Source: a virus. From it: DNA of 64,000 nt. The notes beneath the pieces are model-generated. The model was not told the origin of the DNA. It searched no databases and was given only the letters and a program-made list of their open reading frames with translations. Below, one piece after another: positions 47,092 through 55,859 of the stretch (its first letter is position 1; each line of letters begins with the position of its first letter). The stretch lies in IMG/VR virus record IMGVR_UViG_3300027985_000286, positions 85,349 through 149,348 of that record; one strand, given 5' to 3'. The translations under genes were made by a program, and so were the position numbers.

Positions 47092-47311
47092 TTCTATTTG
47101 AGGGTTAGATGAAATGAGTTTACCGACCAGAGCAGTGTTCTACAAGGATGGGTGCGAGATTGCTCATGCTTTTACCAACGTTGGATGGGTGATGGATGAA
47201 CAGAACATTCCTTCTTGCGTGAAAAGATCCGCAAGCAATGTAGGTCTCGTAAGAGACGACTGGGACACTGTGAAGCTTTACGGTAAAGAGTACACTGTAG
47301 GACAGATTTAT

Positions 47312-47402
<91 letters not shown>

Positions 47403-47605
47403 TTTTAGAACTCTTGACAGGCAGATAGAACAGAAATGTTGAACCCGACCATCAAAGGAATCACTATGAACGAGATAGATAATATCAGAGCAAGCGAAGT
47501 AGAGATTCCTGAAGAAAAGAAAAGCTTCTGGCAGGAGTACAAGAGGAAGAAGCTGGTCAAGAAAGTCAAGAGACAGATTAAGAGATACAAGAGAAACGGT
47601 TACAA

Positions 47606-47690
47606 GTAGTGGTAAGCAAGCGGCCAAAGCAGCTGGGCCTTCAACCCAGTCCTTTACGGTTCACGGGTTCGAATCCCGTCCACTACGCCA
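47606..47690 (+). tRNA. Atypical class II tRNA with loop CCTTCAA (reads as Glu TTC with C33, or shifted TCA)
   Basis: GTAGTGG/CCACTAC acceptor, G73, CCA; GCTGGG-CCTTCAA-CCCAGT; long variable arm. Confidence 0.8.
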
Positions 47691-47694
47691 ATTT

Positions 47695-47814
47695 CTAGAT
47701 GGATTGGTCTACAAACTGACTGGACCGGCAGTAAACCGGGAGTGATAGGAGCAATGTTCCACGGAACACCTTGAGCGTGCCTTGCTCGGGCTAGAGATGG
47801 AACCAGCCATCAGA
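47695..47814 (+). ncRNA. Putative ~120-nt structured RNA between tRNAs
   Basis: Closing stem GATGG.TTGGT/ACCAGCCATC with three internal hairpins. Confidence 0.6.
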
Positions 47815-47821
47815 GCATTCT

Positions 47822-47896
47822 GGGTGGGTAGCCAATAGGTTACGGCACCGGGTTTTGATCCCGGCATAGTAGGTTCGATTCCTACCCCATCTGCCA
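47822..47896 (+). tRNA. tRNA-Gln(TTG)
   Basis: CCGGG-TTTTGAT-CCCGG; GCCA. Confidence 0.9.
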
Positions 47897-47922
47897 AATA
47901 CGAAACAGCAGGGGCCGGTCAA

Positions 47923-48417
47923 ATGAACTTCAGCAAAATCACAATTCTTGCATATCGTCCTAGCTATAACGACTATTGTCGTAACTGCTTGATGACAAGC
48001 ACGGACAGTGATCTTGAAATTTACCATGCAGTTGACTTCAATGACGCAGTGAAGGTTTACGCTCAGTACCTGTATATGAACAAGGTCAGAGAAAGAGAAT
48101 TCGCTCCTTGGGAGCTAACCCTCTTTCTTGATGGGAAGGACGATGACTTTTACGATGAGAATGACCCTGAACCCAGATACACTGTTGAAAAAGACCACAA
48201 AAACCAGGAGTCTGAGGTATCTGTCAATGCAACGTATGGTGAACATCTCTTGTCGATTCGTGATGCTGCTCTGATTCTTGTTGATGAGCGGTTGGCAGAG
48301 AAAGTAAAGTCCGAAAAAGAGAAGGCGGCTAGAAAGGAAAAGGCCGAGTTACTGGAACAGAAAAAGAAGGACCTTGAAGAGCTGCGTCGACTTCAAGGCC
48401 TGTATCCAGGCGCATAA
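47923..48417 (+). CDS. Hypothetical protein
   Basis: ORF with CxxC and coiled-coil C-terminus. Confidence 0.7.
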   Translation: MNFSKITILAYRPSYNDYCRNCLMTSTDSDLEIYHAVDFNDAVKVYAQYLYMNKVREREFAPWELTLFLDGKDDDFYDENDPEPRYTVEKDHKNQESEVSVNATYGEHLLSIRDAALILVDERLAEKVKSEKEKAARKEKAELLEQKKKDLEELRRLQGLYPGA

Positions 48418-48428
48418 ACACACCAAAC

Positions 48429-48505
48429 GCCGGTGTAGCTCAGTTGGCCAGAGCGGCTGATTTGTAATCAGCGGGTCGGAGGTTCGAATCCTCTCGCCGG
48501 CTCCA
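48429..48505 (+). tRNA. tRNA-Thr(TGT)
   Basis: GCTGA-TTTGTAA-TCAGC; TCCA. Confidence 0.95.
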
Positions 48506-48518
48506 TTTTAGGATACAC

Positions 48519-48935
48519 ATGATAACATCTTTTAGTGGTAATTATCGTTGGCTGAGCAACTTCTTCCCTTCTCAGGTGTATCTAGACGGAATTGAATACC
48601 CTACTGTGGAAAACGCATACCAGGCTGCGAAGTGCCGAAACCTTTTTGATAGAAAGAAGTTTGTTGATGTTGCACCTTATGTGGCAAAGAGTCTAGGTAA
48701 AAGAGTACTGCTGGTTAAGGGATGGGAGTTGAAAAAGATAGGGGTAATGAAGATGTTGTTACTCCAAAAGTTTGAGCTTGGCAGCGCTCTAGGTGATATG
48801 CTCTTGGCTACAGGGGAAGAGGTTTTGGTTGAGAATAACACCTGGGGTGATACATTTTGGGGAAAGTCCGACGGTAAAGGTAAGAATATCTTAGGTGTTC
48901 TCCTCATGGACATAAGAGAAGCCTTGCATCAATAG
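48519..48935 (+). CDS. NADAR (YbiA-like) family hydrolase
   Basis: LSNF, YPTVE.AYQAAK, AK.LG, W, KF, LLATG...LVE...W.D..WG, G.N.LG..LM. Confidence 0.93.
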   Translation: MITSFSGNYRWLSNFFPSQVYLDGIEYPTVENAYQAAKCRNLFDRKKFVDVAPYVAKSLGKRVLLVKGWELKKIGVMKMLLLQKFELGSALGDMLLATGEEVLVENNTWGDTFWGKSDGKGKNILGVLLMDIREALHQ

Positions 48936-48985
48936 TCTCTTTTTGCTAGTATGCTTGCATGGATTATCACTTGAGGGTTTATACA

Positions 48986-49519
48986 ATGACAGAGCAAGAG
49001 CTTTTTGATATGGTTGAAGAACGAGTTCATTGGACTCTAACCAAGCTCAAGCAGAAAGGCTACCCGGTCATTGATGTGCACTACCAGCTAAAGAGCTTTA
49101 AGAAAGCAGGCCTGGCTGGTGTTGGTACGTATTACACCAAAAAGAACAGCGGTCTGATTACAATCTCTCGCGAATACCTGAAAGAAAACACCGAGCAGAT
49201 GATTGAGGTTACTGTTCCTCATGAGGTTGCTCACATCTACGTGGGAGCGTACTACAAGAATGCCAAGCAGGTTCACGGTCCTGAGTTCAGACACGTTATG
49301 AGGCAGATTGGTGTCGACCCGTCGACACACCATAGTATGAAACGTCCGGAAGGACTCGGGCGATCTATGACAAAGTTTGTGTATACCTGCCCGTGCCATA
49401 AGGAGTTTTTCCTTTCTCCCCGTTTGCACAAGGGTATTCAAGATGGCAACACCAGGTATTGCAAATCTTGCAAAAAGGACATCATTTGGACAGGAACCTC
49501 TAAGAAAGTGGTTCGATAG
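48986..49519 (+). CDS. SprT-like zinc metalloprotease
   Basis: AG, VPHEVAH, HG.EF...M, Y.C.C, C..C. Confidence 0.9.
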   Translation: MTEQELFDMVEERVHWTLTKLKQKGYPVIDVHYQLKSFKKAGLAGVGTYYTKKNSGLITISREYLKENTEQMIEVTVPHEVAHIYVGAYYKNAKQVHGPEFRHVMRQIGVDPSTHHSMKRPEGLGRSMTKFVYTCPCHKEFFLSPRLHKGIQDGNTRYCKSCKKDIIWTGTSKKVVR

Positions 49520-49530
49520 GAGGGTTTATC

Positions 49531-49986
49531 ATGTCAAAGAGAAATCATATCGTTCCTCAGGTTGGCAAGAATGGATTCGGAACCTGGACCGTCACTACTC
49601 AAGGTGACGAAGAAGGAAGGACTACTCGTCACCTAGGTACGTACACCGGAACTATTTCTGAGATTGCGTTTGCTTTGGCTGGTTCGTGTTACTACTCTCT
49701 CACGTTCAAGATTTCAGACCACCTTCCTTCCCGGGCAACCGGTTACGAAGTGAACGTGATCGTCGATCATATGTACGACAATCACAGAGACTACGATGAT
49801 ACAGAAAACCTTCTGAAGGACATGCAGGATCTGGTAGGTGATCATGTTACTGTGGAGAAGTCAAACTACTACCATTGTGTCAAGCTCATCATGAATCAAG
49901 ATGAACAGGATAAGCTTAAGAAGATGAAGGCTCTGGACAAGCTCACCGAAGAAGAAAAGGTTTTGCTTGGTATCAAAGGTATCTGA
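49531..49986 (+). CDS. Conserved phage hypothetical protein
   Basis: W.VTT.GD.EGRT...LG...G....IAF.LA....Y.L.F; ends KALDKLT.EE...LG. Confidence 0.75.
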   Translation: MSKRNHIVPQVGKNGFGTWTVTTQGDEEGRTTRHLGTYTGTISEIAFALAGSCYYSLTFKISDHLPSRATGYEVNVIVDHMYDNHRDYDDTENLLKDMQDLVGDHVTVEKSNYYHCVKLIMNQDEQDKLKKMKALDKLTEEEKVLLGIKGI

Positions 49987-49997
49987 GGGGTAGACTA

Positions 49998-50315
49998 ATG
50001 ACACACACAACCAGCGTTGAAGCTTGCATGAAACTTGTTGACGAGTTGAATGAAGGCTTGTTTGAAGTTGCAGATGGTGATTTCGGTGGGTGTTATGATG
50101 GTCAGGTTCTTTTTCAATTCTACTACAGCACCTATTCTTATGGCATTACGTTGTTCAATCACACATGGTTGTGGGACAGCGAAAGTGGGCCGTACTTTGA
50201 CGAAGACGACCAGGATGGCAACCTCAAGGATTACATCTTGGGTCAGTTAGACAATACCGCCACTATCATGAAACAGCTACAAAAACTTCGCGGTAAGCTC
50301 AATGAGCAGGGATAA
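49998..50315 (+). CDS. Hypothetical protein
   Basis: GAGG RBS; LWDSE motif. Confidence 0.65.
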   Translation: MTHTTSVEACMKLVDELNEGLFEVADGDFGGCYDGQVLFQFYYSTYSYGITLFNHTWLWDSESGPYFDEDDQDGNLKDYILGQLDNTATIMKQLQKLRGKLNEQG

Positions 50316-50706
50316 GAGGTTAGGTGTTGCCAACAACCCATACCAGGGTAAATACAAGAAGGTGCTCTGTGTATGTAGTGTTGGTGTTCTACGATCACCC
50401 ACAGCAGCATGGGTTCTCTCAAACCCACCATTCAATTTCAACACCAGGGCAGCAGGTATCAACGAAGAGTTTGCTCTAATCGTGGTGGATGAGGTTCTGT
50501 TGGAATGGGCTGATGAAGTCGTCTGTATGGATATGCTCCAGATGCACCAAATCGCTGATATGGGATTTGAGCGCCAAATTGTGGTGCTTGACATACCCGA
50601 CGATTACAACTACCGAGACCCTATTCTGGTTGATATGATCTCAGCAAGGTACAAGGAAAGCTTGGAGTCTTTTCCAGGTAGTAAAACTCCCTTGCCTGTG
50701 CTATAG
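50302..50706 (+). CDS. Low-molecular-weight protein tyrosine phosphatase-like protein
   Basis: KVLCVCSVGVLRSPTA (CX5R), R.AG, WAD, LDIPDDY. Confidence 0.88.
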   Translation: MSRDKRLGVANNPYQGKYKKVLCVCSVGVLRSPTAAWVLSNPPFNFNTRAAGINEEFALIVVDEVLLEWADEVVCMDMLQMHQIADMGFERQIVVLDIPDDYNYRDPILVDMISARYKESLESFPGSKTPLPVL

Positions 50707-50741
50707 TTCTTGCACGTGATCAGTAGGTAGGGGACTAGACT

Positions 50742-51158
50742 ATGGCCACAGCAGCACAAGATAAGGCACAGAGACAGGGACCATCCCGTGAGAACGTGTC
50801 CTGCGAGGACCTCCGAGCCCATTTTGACCGCCTCATCCAGTTTACCGTGTTTGTTGCTTCTGCTGAGTGGTGCGAGTTCAAGGGGCAAGCCAAGCTCTAT
50901 CAGGTTGAAGATTTGATCGAACTAGCAAGCATGTCCTTAACTCAGGCTCAGAAGGAAGGTCCGGTCGACATTGATCGATTCAAGAGTGTCAGGTGCCCTG
51001 TTGTAGATCCCAATACGGTGACCTTCACTCTAATGGACACCGATGATCTTGAGAAGAAGGCTTTGGCGGCGTGCCTTACTGTAATCCAGCACGTCATGCA
51101 AGGAGACGAAAATGCAGTCTCCAAGATCGCAAGGTTAATGGTTAACCATGTGAAGTAA
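50742..51158 (+). CDS. Hypothetical protein
   Basis: RBS, ORF. Confidence 0.65.
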   Translation: MATAAQDKAQRQGPSRENVSCEDLRAHFDRLIQFTVFVASAEWCEFKGQAKLYQVEDLIELASMSLTQAQKEGPVDIDRFKSVRCPVVDPNTVTFTLMDTDDLEKKALAACLTVIQHVMQGDENAVSKIARLMVNHVK

Positions 51159-51220
51159 GTATTGTTTCGCATAGGCAACTGTGCTAAACTGCTTTTACAC
51201 ATTGAAGGAGGACTGCTAAG

Positions 51221-51412
51221 ATGAAACAGGTTACTACGCTCGCTTCAGCTGTTATCATCGCTCTCTTTGTTTTCATTCTCTGGCGGATGACTGCTGTTCC
51301 TGTGGTGGAGTGGAGTACTGCAGAGGACAAGTGCGTTCGTGTGGTCGGTGGTGAGCAGCACAATAGCTGCGCTGACCTTCCTGCAAAGTACGAAAAGGTC
51401 TGGGTGCGGTGA
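51221..51412 (+). CDS. Small membrane-anchored protein
   Basis: TM segment, P.V..S.....CV.V...C..LP.KY..VWV. Confidence 0.7.
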   Translation: MKQVTTLASAVIIALFVFILWRMTAVPVVEWSTAEDKCVRVVGGEQHNSCADLPAKYEKVWVR

Positions 51413-51666
51413 TGAGCAAGCCATCGGGAGTCCAGTTTGCCATCAACCTGTACAAGAGTAATGACCAGTACCGGGACGGATCTCTACGCAGAGCGGCTGA
51501 TCTTTTCGAGGCGACCGAGTCGGAAGGCGTGATCTTTGATGTCGGTTCCTGGGGCACGCCTTGTTACTTTGAAGTACCCAACAAGGCTCTCGAGATCTTC
51601 CGTGAACTGCTCAAGGACTCAGAGCTGGTTTGTGTGTCTGAGTGGCCAACCTTTAAGGCGTTTTGA
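51409..51666 (+). CDS. Hypothetical protein
   Basis: Coupled ORF. Confidence 0.6.
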   Translation: MMSKPSGVQFAINLYKSNDQYRDGSLRRAADLFEATESEGVIFDVGSWGTPCYFEVPNKALEIFRELLKDSELVCVSEWPTFKAF

Positions 51667-51669
51667 TGT

Positions 51670-51864
51670 ATGGCATCCATATCCGTACTGGATCGGTCGA
51701 GAAGAGCAAGAGAAGAAGCGGACTTTCAAGATGCTGTGTATGAGCTATTGAAGCAGTTGCGAGCACACCATAACTCGCAAGCAAAACCTACCAGAACAGA
51801 ATGCAGCTTTTCGTATCACAGCAGTCTTGTGAATAAGATCGATAAGGTCTTGTTTGGAAAATAA
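51670..51864 (+). CDS. Hypothetical protein
   Basis: ORF. Confidence 0.55.
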   Translation: MASISVLDRSRRAREEADFQDAVYELLKQLRAHHNSQAKPTRTECSFSYHSSLVNKIDKVLFGK

Positions 51865-51865
51865 C

Positions 51866-51951
51866 GCCCGATTGGTGGAATTGGTAGACACGCTGGGTTT
51901 AAATCCGTGTGGTCTTAGACCGTGGGGGTTCGAGTCCCTCATCGGGCACCA
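51866..51951 (+). tRNA. tRNA-Leu(TAA), imperfect anticodon stem
   Basis: Leu-type D-loop, long variable arm, ACCA; CTGGG-TTTAAAT-CCGTG. Confidence 0.8.
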
Positions 51952-51978
51952 TGTATCTAGTGAATAGGAGAGTATGCA

Positions 51979-52323
51979 ATGATGAATCGCATCCGCAGTA
52001 TGATGAGTTGGGTTTGGAACAAGATGAAGCGCAACCAGGAAAAAGATTACTTTAACGGGCAGCGTGGCTATAATGGCCCTCTGTACCTGGAACGAGTCCG
52101 CCGGCAGAAGAGGATTGACTCAATCTTCTCCCTGTTATCGTCGATTGCAATTGGTAGTTTCATCGCTCTTATTTTTGGTGGGTATGCTCTCAACATATTC
52201 AAGCTGGTAAAGCTTGACTTTGAAGCACCCTACAAGGCAGAAATCATTCGTACGGTAGGCGTGTTTGTTCCTCCAGCTGGTATTGTTGCTGGTTGGATGA
52301 CTATTGGTGACCGTTCGGAGTAG
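51979..52323 (+). CDS. Membrane protein
   Basis: TM segment; GY..NI.KL, IR..G.FVPP.G...GW. Confidence 0.7.
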   Translation: MMNRIRSMMSWVWNKMKRNQEKDYFNGQRGYNGPLYLERVRRQKRIDSIFSLLSSIAIGSFIALIFGGYALNIFKLVKLDFEAPYKAEIIRTVGVFVPPAGIVAGWMTIGDRSE

Positions 52324-52326
52324 AAC

Positions 52327-53331
52327 ATGGGCGGTAATGCAATCAAAATGTCTCGGAGACATGAAGTCTCCGAGTACACTAAGAAGTCTGATGAGGTGGT
52401 ATCAATTCTCACCCGACTCTTCCCTGGTCATCGTGTGGAGGTTACTGCTGCATACGGCGCAAAGACATCTTTTGGTGACTGTGATGTGCTGTTGGTGTCT
52501 GACAACATTCCTGGTGACTGGATCGAGAAGGTCACTGCTGCGTTTGGGTCAAGAGAGGTGTTCAAGTCAAAGAACAGCCCGGTTTGCTCTTTTGAGTTCA
52601 AAGAGATGCAAGTCGATGTCATCCTAATGCCTAGCAAGCATTTTGACTTCTCCTTGAAGTACTTCAGCTGGAACGACCTTGGAAACTTCATCGGGCGCAC
52701 TGCACATCGTGCTGGTTTCAAGTTTGGCCATGATGGCATGTGGTATGTCATGCGTGATGGAACCTATGTCTATCAGACACTGTTGGTCACCGATGACTTC
52801 GACTCCGCACTAACCTTCCTTGGCTATGACCCAGACAGGTACAACCGTGGTTTCATTACCATGGAGGAGATCTTCTGGTTTGCATCGTCCTCTGTGCATT
52901 TCCAACCAGATTCCTTTGCACTGCACAACAGGAGATATCGTGACAGAGTGCGTGATTCCAAGCGCGCATCTTACCGGGCATTCCTGGAATGGATGGATGG
53001 CAGAACGTTCGGCCCAATGTGCGTTCGGTCCAAAGAGGAGTGGTTGACAGCAGCATACAAAGCCTTCCCTAAGTTTCATGCAAATCACATCAACGCCATT
53101 GATGATTACAGACGCGCCCAGGAGCTCAAGAAGAAGTTCAATGGAAATTTGGTTCGAGGGTGGACTGGCCTAGAAGGCAAGAGTCTTGGCAAGCTGATGG
53201 GAAAGATCAGAGGATCTTTCCTAAATGATACTACGCTGACAGACTTTATGCTAAAATACAGCGCAGACACCATTAAAGAGTGGGTCTTGCAAGAGAAGTG
53301 GAAGATGGACGTAGAAGAAGGTAGATGTTAA
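52327..53331 (+). CDS. Nucleotidyltransferase-like protein (MGGNA family)
   Basis: MGGNA, K.SFGD.DVL, QVD.I, NDLGN..G. Confidence 0.75.
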   Translation: MGGNAIKMSRRHEVSEYTKKSDEVVSILTRLFPGHRVEVTAAYGAKTSFGDCDVLLVSDNIPGDWIEKVTAAFGSREVFKSKNSPVCSFEFKEMQVDVILMPSKHFDFSLKYFSWNDLGNFIGRTAHRAGFKFGHDGMWYVMRDGTYVYQTLLVTDDFDSALTFLGYDPDRYNRGFITMEEIFWFASSSVHFQPDSFALHNRRYRDRVRDSKRASYRAFLEWMDGRTFGPMCVRSKEEWLTAAYKAFPKFHANHINAIDDYRRAQELKKKFNGNLVRGWTGLEGKSLGKLMGKIRGSFLNDTTLTDFMLKYSADTIKEWVLQEKWKMDVEEGRC

Positions 53332-53334
53332 AAT

Positions 53335-53419
53335 GCCTTGGTGGTGGAATTGGTAGACACGCAGGATTTAGGTTCCTGTGGTTTCGGCCGTGAGGGTTCG
53401 AGTCCCTCCCAAGGCACCA
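53335..53419 (+). tRNA. tRNA-Leu(TAG)
   Basis: CAGGA-TTTAGGT-TCCTG; ACCA. Confidence 0.95.
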
Positions 53420-53437
53420 AACAGTTCATTCAGTATT

Positions 53438-53522
53438 GCCCGGGTGGTGGAATTGGTAGACGCGCTGGTTTCAAACTCCAGTTCCGAAAGGAGTGTGGGT
53501 TCGAGTCCCACCCCGGGCACCA
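53438..53522 (+). tRNA. tRNA-Leu(CAA)
   Basis: CTGGT-TTCAAAC-TCCAG; ACCA. Confidence 0.93.
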
Positions 53523-53530
53523 TTTACTAA

Positions 53531-53620
53531 GGAAGAGTGGCCGAGTGGTTTAAGGCAGCAGACTGCTAATCTGTCGGCCTCTTGTAGGCCGCGAGGGTTC
53601 GAATCCCTCCTCTTCCGCCA
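53531..53620 (+). tRNA. tRNA-Ser(GCT)
   Basis: GCAGA-CTGCTAA-TCTGT; GCCA. Confidence 0.95.
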
Positions 53621-53638
53621 ATTAAAGAAGGTTGCTAC

Positions 53639-53920
53639 ATGGATTATCTAGACTTTATCAATGCGGGGTTTGAGTTAGGCGGTTCTATTGTTGCATGGTC
53701 AAGCGTGTTCAAGATTCTGCGTGATAAAGACGTCAAAGGGATCTATTGGCAAGGTGTGCTTTTCTTTTCTGCCTGGGGTTATTGGAATATCTTTTACTAC
53801 CCGTCGTTAGGGCAATGGTTGAGCGGAGTTGCTGGGATGATTTTGGCCATGGGTAACAGTGCCTGGGTAATTCTAGCAATCCACTATATCAGCAAAAAGA
53901 GGAGAAGGGAAAATGCTTAA
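53639..53920 (+). CDS. 3-TM PQ-loop/SemiSWEET-like membrane protein
   Basis: Three hydrophobic helices with K..KG..W linker and late N. Confidence 0.6.
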   Translation: MDYLDFINAGFELGGSIVAWSSVFKILRDKDVKGIYWQGVLFFSAWGYWNIFYYPSLGQWLSGVAGMILAMGNSAWVILAIHYISKKRRRENA

Positions 53921-54191
53921 GAGTTACGACGACAAGATCATAGGTTACGAACACGGTGCTCTTCATGGTGTTGCTTCAACGAAAATGTCCTACATTGACA
54001 GGGTGAAGAGAAACTTCAATACCTTAACCAGAGAGTTTTCCAATATCCCTGTCTGGCAGCTGTTCATTCCTGGCATTGCTGTGGTGGCACTATTCCACCA
54101 TCATGCACGAAGCGTTTCTGCATCCATCCTTATGGCATCCGCGGTGTCTTTTGTTCTTTACAACGTAGTCTTGGCATGGGCGATATTGTAG
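53913..54191 (+). CDS. Membrane protein
   Basis: Two C-terminal TM segments. Confidence 0.55.
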   Translation: MLKSYDDKIIGYEHGALHGVASTKMSYIDRVKRNFNTLTREFSNIPVWQLFIPGIAVVALFHHHARSVSASILMASAVSFVLYNVVLAWAIL

Positions 54192-54263
54192 GCAGGTCTC
54201 TGGCAATTGCGAGCGATGATAGCTAAATAAGGTTACCGCTTGCCCTACCACGAGAACGCAACA

Positions 54264-54698
54264 ATGAAAAAGATTAAGAGTTTTGAGACCTTCGTCAACG
54301 AGAGACTGAACATCGCTACCAACAACTTGCCTTCAGTTGAAGTTCTTGTTGGTTACCTCCTAGCCCTGAGAACTCAGTTCCATGTTTACCACCTGCTCAC
54401 CCTGTCTTACGCAGAGCATATGGCTATTGGTGAGTTCTACGATTCACTCACAGGCCATATTGATGGTATCGCGGAGACTCTGATTGCTCTGGGTGGAAGT
54501 ATCAAGATTGAGCCCTACAACTATGTCAGCATGTATAACAAACACGAGATGATGAATCAACTCACTATGTTTCGCTCTTCTGTTGTGAGCCCTGCTCTTG
54601 ACGAGACCAATCGAGTCAGCTTTATGTCTATCAACGATAAAATCATTGCTGTTCAGCAGTCAGTTGATACGCTGCTCTACAAGCTGGACCTGTCATAA
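54264..54698 (+). CDS. Ferritin/Dps-like four-helix protein (DUF5856-like) with capsid-targeting-like N-terminus
   Basis: H..HL.T.SYA.H.A...FYD.L....D...E...YKL; MKKIKSFETFVNE; late promoter GCTAAATA at 54222. Confidence 0.75.
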   Translation: MKKIKSFETFVNERLNIATNNLPSVEVLVGYLLALRTQFHVYHLLTLSYAEHMAIGEFYDSLTGHIDGIAETLIALGGSIKIEPYNYVSMYNKHEMMNQLTMFRSSVVSPALDETNRVSFMSINDKIIAVQQSVDTLLYKLDLS

Positions 54699-54708
54699 GA
54701 GGTAGAAA

Positions 54709-55032
54709 ATGGCATACCTTCTTTTGGAATCTAACGGTGTAACCCCTGCACAGTCTGTTACCTTGACCGTGGGGGAGACGTCTGACGCAATTCTAATCAA
54801 AAACACGTCCCAGCGTACTTCGATTGCCATTCATCCAGTAGTGTCTGGTACTGGCAAGGCTCAGATTAGTGTCTCTCCTAGAGACTCTATCATTGCTGGT
54901 ACTGCCAACTGGTTTGACTGGGCTCAAGGTGAGGTTGCAGCATCAACTCTAGATGTTGCGGTTGGACCAATTACAGCGGTGCGTGGAGTTTGTACTGCGG
55001 GTGATATTATCCTGGAGGTTGCAGCGTCTTAA
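54709..55032 (+). CDS. Putative virion protein
   Basis: Late operon; small and beta-rich; A.W.DW..G.V. Confidence 0.55.
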   Translation: MAYLLLESNGVTPAQSVTLTVGETSDAILIKNTSQRTSIAIHPVVSGTGKAQISVSPRDSIIAGTANWFDWAQGEVAASTLDVAVGPITAVRGVCTAGDIILEVAAS

Positions 55033-55796
55033 CCGACGTTGTTCTCCAGGTACCCTGCCCAAGAAGCGGTCACATAGGCTGTTTTACTGTCTGTCATGCT
55101 TGCCTGCATGAGGATCACTGTACCTTCATGAAATACAAGGGGTGTTCCTGGGTTCGAGGTTTCTGAGTTATCCTGTAGCGCCGTTTCGTCTAGAGGGAAG
55201 AAGATGTTACGGTACTGTCTTCCGTTCATCTCCGTTGCAGCAACTTTGACAGTAACGCTGGTTGCTGCAGTGCCGCTTGTAGAACCACCAACCAAGTCTG
55301 TAATAACAAGCCTCTTTCCTTTCGGCACCATTCTAGCAGATGACGCGCATCTAACTTCACCAGCTGGAATGCGACTGAACTCTACCGTATCTTCAATAAT
55401 GATGTCACCAACAGCAGATCCGGTTGCCCCAACCCTATCAGCGTGCATACAATTGATGAATATGAGATCATTACCAACAAGTACCTGAGTTGTACCGTTG
55501 AGTTCAATCTCGGCAACACCTGCGTTGAGGTCTTTGTCAATGGTGTATACAACGATAGCCTGTATGCCTAAGCCTGTGGCGCTGTCTGCCGGGTCGGTAC
55601 TGCGCACGTACATAGGCACGCCCCCGACCGGTCCAACCGGGTGTGTGAGCGTAGGACCTGGCCAAATAGTGTGATTCTTCACAGGCCCAACGAGGAGCAT
55701 CTCGCCGAAGGCGGCAAAATGCTGAGCGCCTGGCACGCAGCCACAAGCGATGAGTTCTGAATACGATTTAGCGTGTTGCGATTGCCAGATTACCAT
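55029..55796 (-). CDS. Putative virion structural protein
   Basis: ST...D...G.G...I...D, E..LNGT..V, G...G.I. Confidence 0.6.
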   Translation of the reverse strand: MVIWQSQHAKSYSELIACGCVPGAQHFAAFGEMLLVGPVKNHTIWPGPTLTHPVGPVGGVPMYVRSTDPADSATGLGIQAIVVYTIDKDLNAGVAEIELNGTTQVLVGNDLIFINCMHADRVGATGSAVGDIIIEDTVEFSRIPAGEVRCASSARMVPKGKRLVITDLVGGSTSGTAATSVTVKVAATEMNGRQYRNIFFPLDETALQDNSETSNPGTPLVFHEGTVILMQASMTDSKTAYVTASWAGYLENNVG

Positions 55797-55859
55797 AGCT
55801 TTCCCCTTCTGTACTTTGGATATTTAATAAATACTCAAAACAGATAGAGAGACCAACCA

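Noticed and set aside
46796-47112. ORFs 46796..47092(-) and 46885..47112(+)
   Set aside because: No RBS or protein-like composition; they overlie the structured RNA.
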